This document shows, piece after piece, positions 1-9,649 of a stretch of 53,474 nt of DNA (its first letter is position 1; the number at the start of each line of letters is the position of its first letter). This DNA comes from a virus (taxonomy: Duplodnaviria > Caudoviricetes): positions 1 to 53,474 of the IMG/VR virus record IMGVR_UViG_3300050139_000115; one strand, given 5' to 3'. A program made the position numbers and the translations under genes. The notes beneath the pieces were generated by a model. It made no database searches. It saw nothing but the letters and a program-made list of their open reading frames with translations, and was not told the DNA's origin.

Positions 1-127
1 ACGACTCGAAAATCATCCCCCTGCAGCAGCTTTACCTTTCAACCCTTGTCGCCCTCGTCAACGCCGACAAACTGGACGCGGTGCAGCAAGACCTCGGCCA
101 GGATGCCGGCCGCTTGTGGCTGGTGAG
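1..127. repeat. Terminal direct repeat, left copy (circular-assembly overlap)
   Basis: 1-127 is identical to 53348-53474; an ORF reads through the junction. Confidence 0.95.
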
Positions 128-332
128 CAACGGTAGCACCGTCCCGGTAGCGCAGATCGCCTACAAGTTTGGCATCGACGACGTGCAGCTTGTGATCATC
201 ACCCGCGACGAGCGGAAACTTTCGCGCCTCGTCAAGTACGCCGAAGGCATCGACGGGTTTCTGGAAGAGTTGCAAAAATTCCTCCAGGCGAACCGCTTGA
301 CAGATGTCAGCAAGCGCAAGCGCGCCGCCTAA
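1..332 (+). CDS. Hypothetical protein, 3' part (starts at ATG 53344 across the circular junction)
   Basis: ATG at 53344 after GGAG RBS is in frame with ORF 81..332 (MNDSKIIPLQQ...KRKRAA). Confidence 0.75.
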   Translation, partial: DSKIIPLQQLYLSTLVALVNADKLDAVQQDLGQDAGRLWLVSNGSTVPVAQIAYKFGIDDVQLVIITRDERKLSRLVKYAEGIDGFLEELQKFLQANRLTDVSKRKRAA

Positions 333-427
333 TGCCTCAGCGTCTGCCCGGTGACAGCGGGCAGCAACGGATGCACTACCGCAACCGCAGGCGCCTCGGC
401 TGAATCCGGGGCTATAGGAGCAATACC

Positions 428-1669
428 ATGAAAACCACCAACAAAGGCAGGATCACCAACCCGGCGCAAGCCTGGGCCCCCGCTCACCGCGAGAACGAGG
501 ATCGCCGCAACGCGCCTCACGTCGCCGCCTGCGAACTCTCGCGCATCACCGATGGCAAGCTTGCCCTGCGGTTCGCGCTGATGGAATACCGCGCCAGGTC
601 GGAATACGGCGACGGCTGGCGCGAACGTCTGGCCTATGAGGTCGAGTGCGAGGAAACCCGCGTGCTTGACCAGGACGAAGCCAGCGATCAAGCCGACGAC
701 GAATACGACTTCCGCCAGGAACAGTCGGAGCACGACGAACATTGCAGCGTTGGCCAAGTTGTCCCGTTTGAGGCCGCCGAACAGCCCAACACGACGCCGC
801 CGCTCCAGCCCTTACAATCCCTCATCCTGCCGCTCAAGTTGATCGCCTCGGCCCTCCATATCGCGGCCAAAGACGACATACGCTACTATCTCTGCGGCGT
901 GTACATCCACGCGGTCGACGGCGAAATCCGCGTCTGCTCAACCGACGGCCACCGGCTGCTGGTATCCAGGTTCGAGATCGGCAAGGACTCGCCGGTCCCA
1001 ACCTGGGCCGAGGAAGGCATCATCATTCCCCGGAACGACCTGGCCCAGATGCTCCCGCTGCTCACCAAAAACGCGATCGGCAACAAATGGGACCACAGCG
1101 AGCCCTCGCTTGTCATCGACTACGGCAAGGGCAACCCGGAAATGTTTATCCGCAGCTCGAACGGCTTCGCGCAGTTCAAGGTTAAGCCACTCGACGGAAA
1201 GTTCCCGGACTACGCCAAAATCCTGGCGAGCAGCGGCGCCACCCTGGCCCGCGGCGACAACGAAGCCATGACCGCCTCGGCCATCAAGTCGCAATACCTC
1301 AAGAGCGTCGCCGAAGTGGCCGACAAACTTGGAGCGGGCGCGGTGCATTCATTCATCAACGGCAGCGACGCCTCGGCCGCTTTCTTTACGTTCGACGGCG
1401 CCCCGGATACGGTGCTGATCGTGATGCCGATGCGCTGCGGCGAAGCGGTGTCCGACAGCGTGGTGAAGCTGATCGGCTCTAACGCGGTCTCCCTTTCGAT
1501 CATCGCGATGAAGGCGCACATCACGCGTACCACCAAACTGTTGGCTAGCGCCAAAGGCCACGATGCGCAAGAGCTGGAAGCGAAGCGGATCGGCTACCAG
1601 GATCGCATCGCGCACCTGATGGCGCTCACCGGGAACGGTCCGAAGCAACTGGCGGCGCCGACAGCGTAA
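428..1669 (+). CDS. DNA polymerase III beta-clamp-like domain protein with acidic N-terminal extension
   Basis: AAKDDIRYYLCGVYI, STDGHRL, DGKFPDY and VMPMR resemble DnaN motifs; GGAG RBS. Confidence 0.7.
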   Translation: MKTTNKGRITNPAQAWAPAHRENEDRRNAPHVAACELSRITDGKLALRFALMEYRARSEYGDGWRERLAYEVECEETRVLDQDEASDQADDEYDFRQEQSEHDEHCSVGQVVPFEAAEQPNTTPPLQPLQSLILPLKLIASALHIAAKDDIRYYLCGVYIHAVDGEIRVCSTDGHRLLVSRFEIGKDSPVPTWAEEGIIIPRNDLAQMLPLLTKNAIGNKWDHSEPSLVIDYGKGNPEMFIRSSNGFAQFKVKPLDGKFPDYAKILASSGATLARGDNEAMTASAIKSQYLKSVAEVADKLGAGAVHSFINGSDASAAFFTFDGAPDTVLIVMPMRCGEAVSDSVVKLIGSNAVSLSIIAMKAHITRTTKLLASAKGHDAQELEAKRIGYQDRIAHLMALTGNGPKQLAAPTA

Positions 1670-1759
1670 ATCGATTCAACCGGCGGGCCTTTGCTCGCCG
1701 GTCACCAGGAGCTAAAATGAAACTCGAATTCAGCACCGCACCCTTCGAGGAGCAACACC

Positions 1760-1990
1760 ATGACTGCACACCCAAACCGTAGCAAACACAACCCGTCAGT
1801 GTCGCGCAACCCAACGCCGGCCGAAATAAAAACGGCACGCGAGTCGGTGGGTCTGACTCAGACCGAAGCGGCCGACCTCGTGCACACGACGTGCCGCACC
1901 TATCAACAGTGGGAAGCCGGCGATCGTCGCATGCACCCCGCTATGTGGGAACTTTTCAACATCAAAATCAAACGAAGGATCACCAAATGA
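1760..1990 (+). CDS. XRE-family HTH regulator
   Basis: EIKTARESVGLTQTEAADLVHTTCRTYQQWEAG; GAGGAG RBS. Confidence 0.85.
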   Translation: MTAHPNRSKHNPSVSRNPTPAEIKTARESVGLTQTEAADLVHTTCRTYQQWEAGDRRMHPAMWELFNIKIKRRITK

Positions 1991-2832
1991 ACCAGCAAAC
2001 CATTGCAATGCCTGCCAGCACCCGTGGCACGCCCATAATCAACCCGGACGGCGCATCCATCAAGGGGTGCTCTTTCATCTACGCGCCAGCGGGCCAGGCC
2101 GGTGAGTATTCGCCACTCGCTACCAACCCGTACCGCGGCTGCGGCCACGGCTGCGTGTACTGCTACGTGCCGGATGTGCTGCGCATGAAGCGTACCGAGT
2201 TCGACGCCGGCGCTGTCCCACGCGCCGATTTTCTCCTGAGCCTACAGAAGGATGCGCGTAAGTACCAAGCGGCTGGATTGACTGGCCAGGTGATGCTCAG
2301 TTTCACCACCGACCCATACCACCCCGGCGACAATTCATTGACGCGCGACGTGCTAAAAAATCTACAACACCATGGCCTCGGCATCTGCACCCTGACCAAA
2401 GGCGGCGCGCGCGCGCTTCGCGATATCAATCTGTTCCGGCCGGAACGCGACGCTTTCGCTTCAACGCTCACCAGCCTGGACGATCGGTTTTCCAAAAAAT
2501 GGGAACGCAACGCGGCGCTGCCATCGGATCGAATCGCTACCCTCAAGAAGTTTCACGACGCCGGAATTTTCACATGGGTCAGCCTCGAGCCCACGATCGA
2601 CTGCGACAGCAGCCTCGCGATCGTGCGCGAGACGCACAGCTTCGTCGATCTGTTCAAGATCGGCCGCGTGAATTACTTGCCGATGACAAAGACCACCGAC
2701 TGGCGCGGATACACCGAACGCATGATCGAGCTATGCCAGCAGCTCGGGGCCAAAACCTACATCAAGAAAGACCTTCAGCCGTTTCTACCGAAAGGCTACT
2801 CGAACCCACTCCGGGTACCACAGCATCATTGA
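1987..2832 (+). CDS. Radical SAM protein (SplB/Rv2578c-like)
   Basis: NPYRGCGHGCVYCY CxxxCxxC motif, TDPY, LTKG, SLEP; ATG overlaps the upstream stop. Confidence 0.8.
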   Translation: MNQQTIAMPASTRGTPIINPDGASIKGCSFIYAPAGQAGEYSPLATNPYRGCGHGCVYCYVPDVLRMKRTEFDAGAVPRADFLLSLQKDARKYQAAGLTGQVMLSFTTDPYHPGDNSLTRDVLKNLQHHGLGICTLTKGGARALRDINLFRPERDAFASTLTSLDDRFSKKWERNAALPSDRIATLKKFHDAGIFTWVSLEPTIDCDSSLAIVRETHSFVDLFKIGRVNYLPMTKTTDWRGYTERMIELCQQLGAKTYIKKDLQPFLPKGYSNPLRVPQHH

Positions 2833-3451
2833 GCCCCACCATCACCACGCCGAAGTAAAGCATCGCGCTGCCCTGCGCACGCTCGGCACACCAGCTTTTT
2901 TCAATCCGACAGTTCATCCGCCGCGCCATCGCGGAAATGGCGCGCGCGGCCAGTTCCTTTCCGGCCCGGCTTGATCCTGACAGCTTCGCCGTCGCGCCGG
3001 ACAATGTAGCAAGCGCGCCGGGTAGCGCACCGAATTTCAGTTTCAGGCCCGAGCCCTCGGTGAGCACGATCCCAATGCGCTCACCTGGCGCAACCTTTCG
3101 GCGCGCGGCGATGATGATGACAGGCTCCCACGGCGAGCCGTAACTATCCAGGTCGAAGATATGGAACGGCGCGAGGTCGATATTGCGAAGCACCCGCCTG
3201 CAGTCCGCCACAAACGCCAACCGGTCGCTGGGGAAGTAACGCACATCGCAACCCTCATAGCCACCAGGTGCGCGATGCCAGACCGCCGCATACATCGCCC
3301 CTTCGCCAGCGAAGCAATCAAACACGCGACCGCCTACCGCGTCCAGCACCAACTCGCGCAGCTTCACCTTGTCCGGTAGGCTCGCGGCGTGGTTGTCCAC
3401 TTTCTTGACCTTCGACAACCGCACCTGCATTTTGGATTTCACGCCCAGCAC
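2762..3451 (-). CDS. Putative SAM-dependent methyltransferase-like protein
   Basis: VFDCFAGEG (motif I-like) and FDLDSYGSP (motif IV-like). Confidence 0.55.
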   Translation of the reverse strand: MLGVKSKMQVRLSKVKKVDNHAASLPDKVKLRELVLDAVGGRVFDCFAGEGAMYAAVWHRAPGGYEGCDVRYFPSDRLAFVADCRRVLRNIDLAPFHIFDLDSYGSPWEPVIIIAARRKVAPGERIGIVLTEGSGLKLKFGALPGALATLSGATAKLSGSSRAGKELAARAISAMARRMNCRIEKSWCAERAQGSAMLYFGVVMVGLNDAVVPGVGSSSLSVETAEGLS

Positions 3452-3460
3452 CCGTCTGCT

Positions 3461-4129
3461 CTAAAACAGCGCATTGATCGTGCCGAGTTCGACTTCGACC
3501 CCTTCAAGATTGGCGGTCGCATCGCGCAGCGCCTTCAGGACCAGCGCCTGCTGCTTCAGCGGCCCGCGTAGAGAGATCCAAAATCGGTCCTGCAACTGGC
3601 TTATCTCCACCGCCGAGACGCCAGACGAGGCCGCGCGCATTGTCTGATCCAGCTCATCCGGTTCGAAGCCGGCCAATTCGACCGCGAAGCCGAGTTGCTT
3701 GAGATCCGCCAACTCCAGCGCCAGCAGCCCTTCGTCCCATCCCGCATTGAGCGCGAGCTTGTTGTCCGCCAGTACATACGCCCGGAACTGCGCATCGGTC
3801 CATCCGCGCACATCGAGCACCGGGATCGTGCCGGCGGGGAACGGCTCGATAGGTTCGGCGCCGGGTATTTCACCCGCAGCCCTTCCCGGCGCGGGATAAA
3901 TGGTCTTCCCCTGCGCGTAGAGCGCGCGCACCGCCTCGATGGTGCCGTGGCCCTTGGCAAGCGTCCCGTCGCGCACCACGACCGCGCCGACGAAGCCGAA
4001 CTCGTCGATACTCGCCGCGAGCTGCGCAATCTGCTCGGTAGGATGCACGCGCGCGTTGCGCTTGTATGGCGACAGCGATTCAATCATCCGATATTCAACC
4101 GCTATTTTCCGTTTTACGGCACCACTCAT
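3461..4129 (-). CDS. ParB/Srx N-terminal domain protein
   Basis: PYKRNARVH...QIAQLAASIDEFGF...YVLADNKLALNAGWD. Confidence 0.8.
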   Translation of the reverse strand: MSGAVKRKIAVEYRMIESLSPYKRNARVHPTEQIAQLAASIDEFGFVGAVVVRDGTLAKGHGTIEAVRALYAQGKTIYPAPGRAAGEIPGAEPIEPFPAGTIPVLDVRGWTDAQFRAYVLADNKLALNAGWDEGLLALELADLKQLGFAVELAGFEPDELDQTMRAASSGVSAVEISQLQDRFWISLRGPLKQQALVLKALRDATANLEGVEVELGTINALF

Positions 4130-4130
4130 C

Positions 4131-4225
4131 CCGACCCCCCCCCTCCTAATTTCGCGCACGGCGAAATGATGCTAGATAACGGTACAGCGCGGGGCGGTTG
4201 TAGACTTTCGAGCCACCCCTACCCC
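4131..4225 (-). other. Putative cos/packaging region
   Basis: Non-coding stretch directly downstream of HNH with G-runs and GAAAGTCT...CGCGAAATT; position typical of HK97-like cos sites; cut site not determined. Confidence 0.4.
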
Positions 4226-4593
4226 TCGCGACCGAAGCCGCCATCCTCGGTTGCGGTTTTCTTATCGTGACACACTTTCGCCATCGATTGCCAGTTACGC
4301 GGGTCCCAGAACAACACCATGTCCCCACGGTGCGGCTTGATGTGATCGACCACCGTGGCAAGGGTCACACGCTTACGGCCTTCGTCGCAGTCCTGGCATT
4401 GACACAACGGATGCGCGCGCAAAAACGCCTTGCTTGTTTGCTGCCAACGATATCCGTAGCCGCGTGCGGTCGGTGATCCTCGATCTCGTTCGTACTGCCG
4501 TGATACCGCTTTCAAGTGTGCGGGGCAGCGGCCCTTGTCCGTAAGTGCGCCACACCCTTGTTCATTGCATGGGCGCAGCGGGGCATTTGGCAT
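4219..4593 (-). CDS. HNH endonuclease (terminase-associated, HK97 gp74-like)
   Basis: RGY..RW, HPLC, ATVVDHIKPHRGD..LFWD..NWQS...CHDKKTA. Confidence 0.9.
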   Translation of the reverse strand: MPNAPLRPCNEQGCGALTDKGRCPAHLKAVSRQYERDRGSPTARGYGYRWQQTSKAFLRAHPLCQCQDCDEGRKRVTLATVVDHIKPHRGDMVLFWDPRNWQSMAKVCHDKKTATEDGGFGREG

Positions 4594-4932
4594 AATCTAG
4601 TCGCGTCTGCAACCTACTCGCTGCGTCCGCTCGCTACCGGCTAATAGTAGGCACCAGCGGCATCCGCTTTCGGCTGTCCTTAAATGAAAACGGCCAGCAA
4701 CCTTTCGGCTCTGGCCGGTACTGTGCCCCACATCGGGGGCTCGCTTGTGTGCGCGCCGCGTGCGGGGTGCTGCTGTATTGGGGCCGTGCCGCAGTTCCAT
4801 CTATGGATTCACAACTGCGGTCGTGCCCCTTCGGGTATTCAATTCTTCATGGCGAGCGAAAGCGCCTCATCGACTCCTCGGGTACTTGGTCACAGCGCAC
4901 GCTGATGAGACCCAAAGGATGGATAGTGCTCG

Positions 4933-5595
4933 CTACTTGCTGACGGATGGCAGCGTACCACGTTTTAATTGTGCCCGCAAGGGTCCGACGTTGCTGTCTT
5001 CGATCTTCTGCAGCAAGGCATGCGCCTTGACTAATCGTCCTTCCCAGTGCATCTCATAGCTTTCGCGCGATACGCTCAATGCCTGCTGCCTGGACCTGTG
5101 ATCCACCCGTGCAAGTCCGGCACCGCGGCAGAGCGCGCATGTCTTGGTCTGCGTATCACGGCCACGAATTTTGCCGATTGCAACCTGCCCACCACCGCCG
5201 CATTGGGCGCAGCGGTCATATAGATATTCGACGACAACGAGCGCGGCAAAACGAAACACGAGCGCATTGCCATCGCGAACACACCAATGCGCGTACTCGC
5301 GTTGTCGTCGCAAATAGTCGGCAAAGAGCAGAATCGCCGGGCGCACAGCCGCGCGATCGAGACCATACTTGGCGCGATCAAGGAGCGCCGCCATACGTCT
5401 TCGTGGGTTGATCTCCGCCACGCCAACCGCAGTCAGCTTCGCCTGCATTCGGCCGGCGTCCGAGTCAAAATAGCGATTGTGCGCTGCGGCGCCGAGCGCG
5501 CCGACAACACTTACCGCATGCCTGCCAGGACTTAGGTTCGTTGCGTTTACGGCCGTACCCAACATATCCTGGATCGAAACGACTGGCTCTTTCAT
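4933..5595 (-). CDS. Putative late antiterminator (Q-like, Zn finger)
   Basis: CAQCGGGG...CALCRGAG Zn finger; last gene before the late region. Confidence 0.55.
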   Translation of the reverse strand: MKEPVVSIQDMLGTAVNATNLSPGRHAVSVVGALGAAAHNRYFDSDAGRMQAKLTAVGVAEINPRRRMAALLDRAKYGLDRAAVRPAILLFADYLRRQREYAHWCVRDGNALVFRFAALVVVEYLYDRCAQCGGGGQVAIGKIRGRDTQTKTCALCRGAGLARVDHRSRQQALSVSRESYEMHWEGRLVKAHALLQKIEDSNVGPLRAQLKRGTLPSVSK

Positions 5596-5768
5596 CGCTG
5601 TCCTTTCATGACCTTCCCCACCAACTCCCTTATCCGCATGCGCTTGATCAGCCGCATGGTGCCGGCGCCAAGCAAGCGGTCCTTGTGCATACGTCTGCGC
5701 TCACGTTCCACCCTGGCAATCTCAGTGCGTTCGATCCGCTCGGCCACGTCCGCCGGATCACCGTACAT
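5592..5768 (-). CDS. Small hypothetical protein (start uncertain)
   Basis: MYGDPADVAERIER...; stop overlaps the Q-like start. Confidence 0.45.
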   Translation of the reverse strand: MYGDPADVAERIERTEIARVERERRRMHKDRLLGAGTMRLIKRMRIRELVGKVMKGQR

Positions 5769-5816
5769 CCATGACGGCAGCAAGACTGCGCCGAGGGTTC
5801 GGCCCAACCCGGACAA

Positions 5817-6066
5817 CGGGGGATACGGGGGATACGGGGGCTGTTTACAGCCCATTACCTTTTCTGTCATTTTCTCTTTCCCTATTCCGACGTTCCCTTT
5901 CATCTTCTTATTTTTCATCTTTTCAAAACCTATAAAGAAAGGACCACACGTATCCCCCGTTTGCGTGCCGCACTAATCCGGTGCCATGGCTTGAGTCGAA
6001 AAAAAAGTTTCGCCTGACACTTTTTGGCGGCGGCTGCAAACCTGCCCCGCATGCCCCGATCCCCCG
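5817..6066. other. Putative replication origin (inverted iterons flanking an AT-rich tract)
   Basis: CGGGGGATACGGGGGATACGGGGG at 5817-5840, inverted CGTATCCCCCG at 5949-5959, AT-rich tract between; directly downstream of the helicase. Confidence 0.5.
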
Positions 6067-7563
6067 TTAGCTGATTGGCATTATCTTCACCTTCCACAGT
6101 CTCACGTGATCGCGCTCGCCAGCGCTAACAATTTGTTTTCCATTGACAATGCGGCTTGAGTGGCGCCGCATCCAATAGCCAAGGCGGGCGCTGTCGATGG
6201 CGCCGGCGCGATCTTTTGCCACGTCCCGAAGCACCTGACCGAGCTTAGCTTCGGCTTCGGAAGTGACCGCACTGGTGACTTTCACAATGGCGTCGCGGCC
6301 AGTCATGGCCTCGTCGCCGAAGACCTCCAGCCATGCGTCGCACATACGCATGAGATCGGAGTGCTCCTGATCCTCATCCATCAACACCTGATGCGATAGG
6401 CGCGGGTCCGTGCAACCGACCCACACCAACGGAGCGCGAACCATCCTGGACCACGCCTCAAATCCGCCCCATGGGCCGACCCCTATATCCTCTGGTTTGA
6501 CCCCACTCACGACGAACGCACGCATCAGGGTCAGCCCGGCAATCACGAGCGCGGACCGATGCTCAAAGAAAAAATCCACCGCGTCGTAAGCAAAAGCCCG
6601 GTCTTCTGGCCGTTCCACCTTGGCGTCGAGGCGGCATAACATGGAGCGCGCGCGCAAGTCGCCGACGATCGATAAATGGTTGCCGGTCGCCAAAAACAAC
6701 ACCTGGGTCGGCGCGCGCACCGTGGCCGAGGAGCCGAGCAAGCGTTGTTTGAACTCCTCCGATGTGAGGATCGTGCACAACCATTCACCCTGCAACGGCC
6801 GCGTGACGTTATCGATCAGCACCACAGCATCGCCATCGAGCAACAGCGCGAGCGCGGTCTTTGCGGCTTCATCTTCTTTCGTCGGGTAGTTCATGGCCGG
6901 CGCCTTCGTACCCATGGCGAGGATGGCGATGCAATCAGCAAGTTTCGTCTTGCCGGAGCGCGCGGCGGGTGCCGTCAATCCACCCAAAGGGGCCGATGGC
7001 AGACTACGCCGCACCAGTGCGGTCAGGGCGAGGGATAGCGCGACGCCCAAGTCAACGCGCTCCTGAAATGGGAAAGTTTTGAACGCATCGAGCAGCACGT
7101 CGAGTGCCTCGCCAGCGTCATCGAGGGTCGGCTTATCTTTTACCTGCGGATACGCCGTCCCACAGGGGTCGTACCAGCATTGCGTTGCTGTGTCGTAGCC
7201 GGGCGTCTGCAGCAGCGATCCATCCGGTCTTAGAGTCGGCGTGCCGATCACCGCGCGCAGCGTCGGCAACTTCCAATGCCCCGAGCGCGCAAGGTACGTC
7301 TCGGCGACCATGCCGGGCGCATTGATACGGCGGTATTCCTCGGCGCGTGAATCCCAACGCTGCCAGCGTGCCGCGCGTGTGAGCGTCTCGACCAGGTACG
7401 GCTTGTCCACCATCAAGAGCCCCAGCGATCCCGCGGGCCGACGGAACTGACGCACAGTAGAGGCTTCGCGGATCACGATGCGCGCCAGCATTCCGCTGCG
7501 CTGGAACACGCGCACGTCGCCCTTGAGCAAGGCGGCCTCGGCCTCGTCGACGATGCCAGGCAA
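6067..7563 (-). CDS. Primase-associated P-loop helicase (C-terminal part of split replication gene)
   Basis: Walker A APAARSGKT, Walker B VVLIDNV, ATGN; frame stays open upstream to the A10 run at 7669-7678. Confidence 0.75.
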   Translation of the reverse strand: MPGIVDEAEAALLKGDVRVFQRSGMLARIVIREASTVRQFRRPAGSLGLLMVDKPYLVETLTRAARWQRWDSRAEEYRRINAPGMVAETYLARSGHWKLPTLRAVIGTPTLRPDGSLLQTPGYDTATQCWYDPCGTAYPQVKDKPTLDDAGEALDVLLDAFKTFPFQERVDLGVALSLALTALVRRSLPSAPLGGLTAPAARSGKTKLADCIAILAMGTKAPAMNYPTKEDEAAKTALALLLDGDAVVLIDNVTRPLQGEWLCTILTSEEFKQRLLGSSATVRAPTQVLFLATGNHLSIVGDLRARSMLCRLDAKVERPEDRAFAYDAVDFFFEHRSALVIAGLTLMRAFVVSGVKPEDIGVGPWGGFEAWSRMVRAPLVWVGCTDPRLSHQVLMDEDQEHSDLMRMCDAWLEVFGDEAMTGRDAIVKVTSAVTSEAEAKLGQVLRDVAKDRAGAIDSARLGYWMRRHSSRIVNGKQIVSAGERDHVRLWKVKIMPIS

Positions 7564-8321
7564 TTGGCCGTCGCGCCAAACGATCTCTGGCAGCGTGAAA
7601 TCGTCGGGGTCATCCGGTGGGCCGCCCTTCTGAGCTGGCGTTTCCGCTCCAGTACCCGCGGTCCCGTCTTTTTTTTTTCCGCATGGCCATTTGGCAAAGC
7701 GTTACCCATGATCAGCGCCTCGGCCTGCGCGGCCGTCCAGCCGGCTTCGAACGCCACGCCGAAATTCCAGCCCTCGGGCCAATCCGCGGTGACCGGCACA
7801 TCGACCTCAATTACCCCAGCAGCATAGCTGCGCAGAATCTTCGCGATCTTGGCGCGTGCTTTGTTTGTGCCAGCATCGGGCACAATCCACACCATCCGGC
7901 CGCGCAGCGGTGAAAAGTCCACGTCGTCGATCTTGCGCACACCGCCCGTCCAGGCGAGCGATGCGTAATGCGGCATCCATTCCCGCGCGGCATCAGCCGA
8001 GGCGCAATCGAACGTGATCATCACGGGGTACGGCGCCGCCAGCTCGGCGAGACGATGCAGGCCGTACAGCGGGCGCAAACTCGGGAACTGCACCCAACGC
8101 CACGCCCTCTCGTGTGCTGCGTTCGAACACCAGGTCAGCGTCTGCTGGATTTTCTCGCCGGTCGATCGGTAAAACGTGCAGACGTAACCGAGCGTGTTAT
8201 CTGCTTGGTCGCGGAAGTGGAAAATCTCTTTCGGCGTGCCGCGCACCTGGTGATCAAACCTTGGCGCGGGGGTGTCCTCTGGCACGGGAATGATCGGCGT
8301 CCATTGCTTGGGGCTTGTCAT
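7473..8321 (-). CDS. Toprim-like primase domain (N-terminal part of split replication gene)
   Basis: RPLYGL, W.GG..., VDFSPLRGR.VWIVPD, PEGW resemble phage primase Toprim regions. Confidence 0.65.
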   Translation of the reverse strand: MTSPKQWTPIIPVPEDTPAPRFDHQVRGTPKEIFHFRDQADNTLGYVCTFYRSTGEKIQQTLTWCSNAAHERAWRWVQFPSLRPLYGLHRLAELAAPYPVMITFDCASADAAREWMPHYASLAWTGGVRKIDDVDFSPLRGRMVWIVPDAGTNKARAKIAKILRSYAAGVIEVDVPVTADWPEGWNFGVAFEAGWTAAQAEALIMGNALPNGHAEKKKTGPRVLERKRQLRRAAHRMTPTISRCQRSFGATANCLASSTRPRPPCSRATCACSSAAECWRAS

Positions 8322-9649
8322 ACGAACATCGCCTGTTGGCGTTGGGCATTCTCAATGCGCTCGCACGCTATAGCGAAGTAAGCCGGGTCGAGGTCTATCC
8401 CGATAAACCGAAAGCCCTCGCGTTCAGTCGCCTTGCCAGTCGAACCACTGCCCATGAATGGATCAAGCACCGTTCCGCCTGGCGGTGTCACCAAGCGGCA
8501 TAGGTAGCGCATCAGGGCAGTCGGTTTTACGGTTGGGTGATGGTTCTGCGCCTCCCTGTTGGTGTTTTCCGATTGGAACGTGCCGGGCGACTGTTCACCG
8601 CTTGACCAGTTCAGCGGCTTAGTCGCCATGCCATGCAGGTCTTCATTACGGTCGTCGCGGCTTGCTTTGGCACAGTAGAAAAAACGGGCTGCACTCCCTG
8701 CGTCGCCGCGTGGATTGAACGTCTCGCGCGCGCCGTAGTCGCCGAAGACGTTGACGCTATCCTTGGTGCCGTGCTCAGGCCCGACGCTGCGCTGCTGTCC
8801 CGGTGCCCGCGGAAATACCGCCAGCACTTCCTCGCTGCCGTCGTGAATCAGGTTGGCGGGCCAGCGGCCGAGATCAGTTTCGCCGACGGCCTTTGAGGTT
8901 TGCAGCGAGCCGTCCACGCGCCCAGCCAGGGCGTTACCGGCGTACTCCACGTCGTCACGCATAGGCGCAACCTCTCGCAAGGGCCGCTTGCCCCCCCCCA
9001 TGCGCATGCTTGTTGAGCCGGTCGCGTTATCGTCTCTCGTGCCGTCATGGCCGCGATCGCCACTGAAGTTTCGAGCATAGGCATCGTCTTCGACCGGAAC
9101 CCTGCAGCCGTCAATGTTCAGCCCGCCAGTTCCGAACTGCTGCACGTTCTCCCCGACGTTGCCTACCAGCGGCTTACGCGCCATCACGATAGGCTCCCAT
9201 GCTGGTTTCAGCGCAGTGCCGCCCCACGAGCCATTACGTGATTTTGGAAAACCGGAACCGAACGCCCAGCCGATTTGATCGCGGATCTCAAAGCCTGCAT
9301 CCTCAATCGCGCAGGCCAGCCGGTGATAGGTTCGAGTTCCGCCGAAGGCGAGCAGGTAAGCGCCGGGCTTCGCAACACGCAGCACTTCGGCCCATATTGC
9401 AGGGTCGTGCGCAACGTTTCCGCCGTCCCATCCCATCCCCATAAATCCGGTTGTAACGCGGGCGCGCCCATATGGCGATTCAAGGTTAACGGATGCTGGT
9501 CCAGTGCCGCCCTTCTTTCCGGTCGTCAGGTGGTAGGGTGGATCGGTCACGATGGCGTCAACACTGTCCGCGGGCATCGCTGCCATGGCCTCGCGGCAGT
9601 CGCCCAAGTGCAACATCGCATTGCCGATGACGACCGGATTCACATCCAC
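8318..9649 (-). CDS. Site-specific DNA methyltransferase (N4-C/N6-A, beta class)
   Basis: DAIVTDPPY, HPTVKP, VLDPFMGSGSTG. Confidence 0.92.
   Translation of the reverse strand: MDVNPVVIGNAMLHLGDCREAMAAMPADSVDAIVTDPPYHLTTGKKGGTGPASVNLESPYGRARVTTGFMGMGWDGGNVAHDPAIWAEVLRVAKPGAYLLAFGGTRTYHRLACAIEDAGFEIRDQIGWAFGSGFPKSRNGSWGGTALKPAWEPIVMARKPLVGNVGENVQQFGTGGLNIDGCRVPVEDDAYARNFSGDRGHDGTRDDNATGSTSMRMGGGKRPLREVAPMRDDVEYAGNALAGRVDGSLQTSKAVGETDLGRWPANLIHDGSEEVLAVFPRAPGQQRSVGPEHGTKDSVNVFGDYGARETFNPRGDAGSAARFFYCAKASRDDRNEDLHGMATKPLNWSSGEQSPGTFQSENTNREAQNHHPTVKPTALMRYLCRLVTPPGGTVLDPFMGSGSTGKATEREGFRFIGIDLDPAYFAIACERIENAQRQQAMFV

Noticed and set aside
4855-4912. Hammerhead ribozyme (GAAA ... CTGATGAG)
   Set aside because: Stems I-III could not be formed around the core; CTGATGAG pairs with an upstream CTCATC instead.
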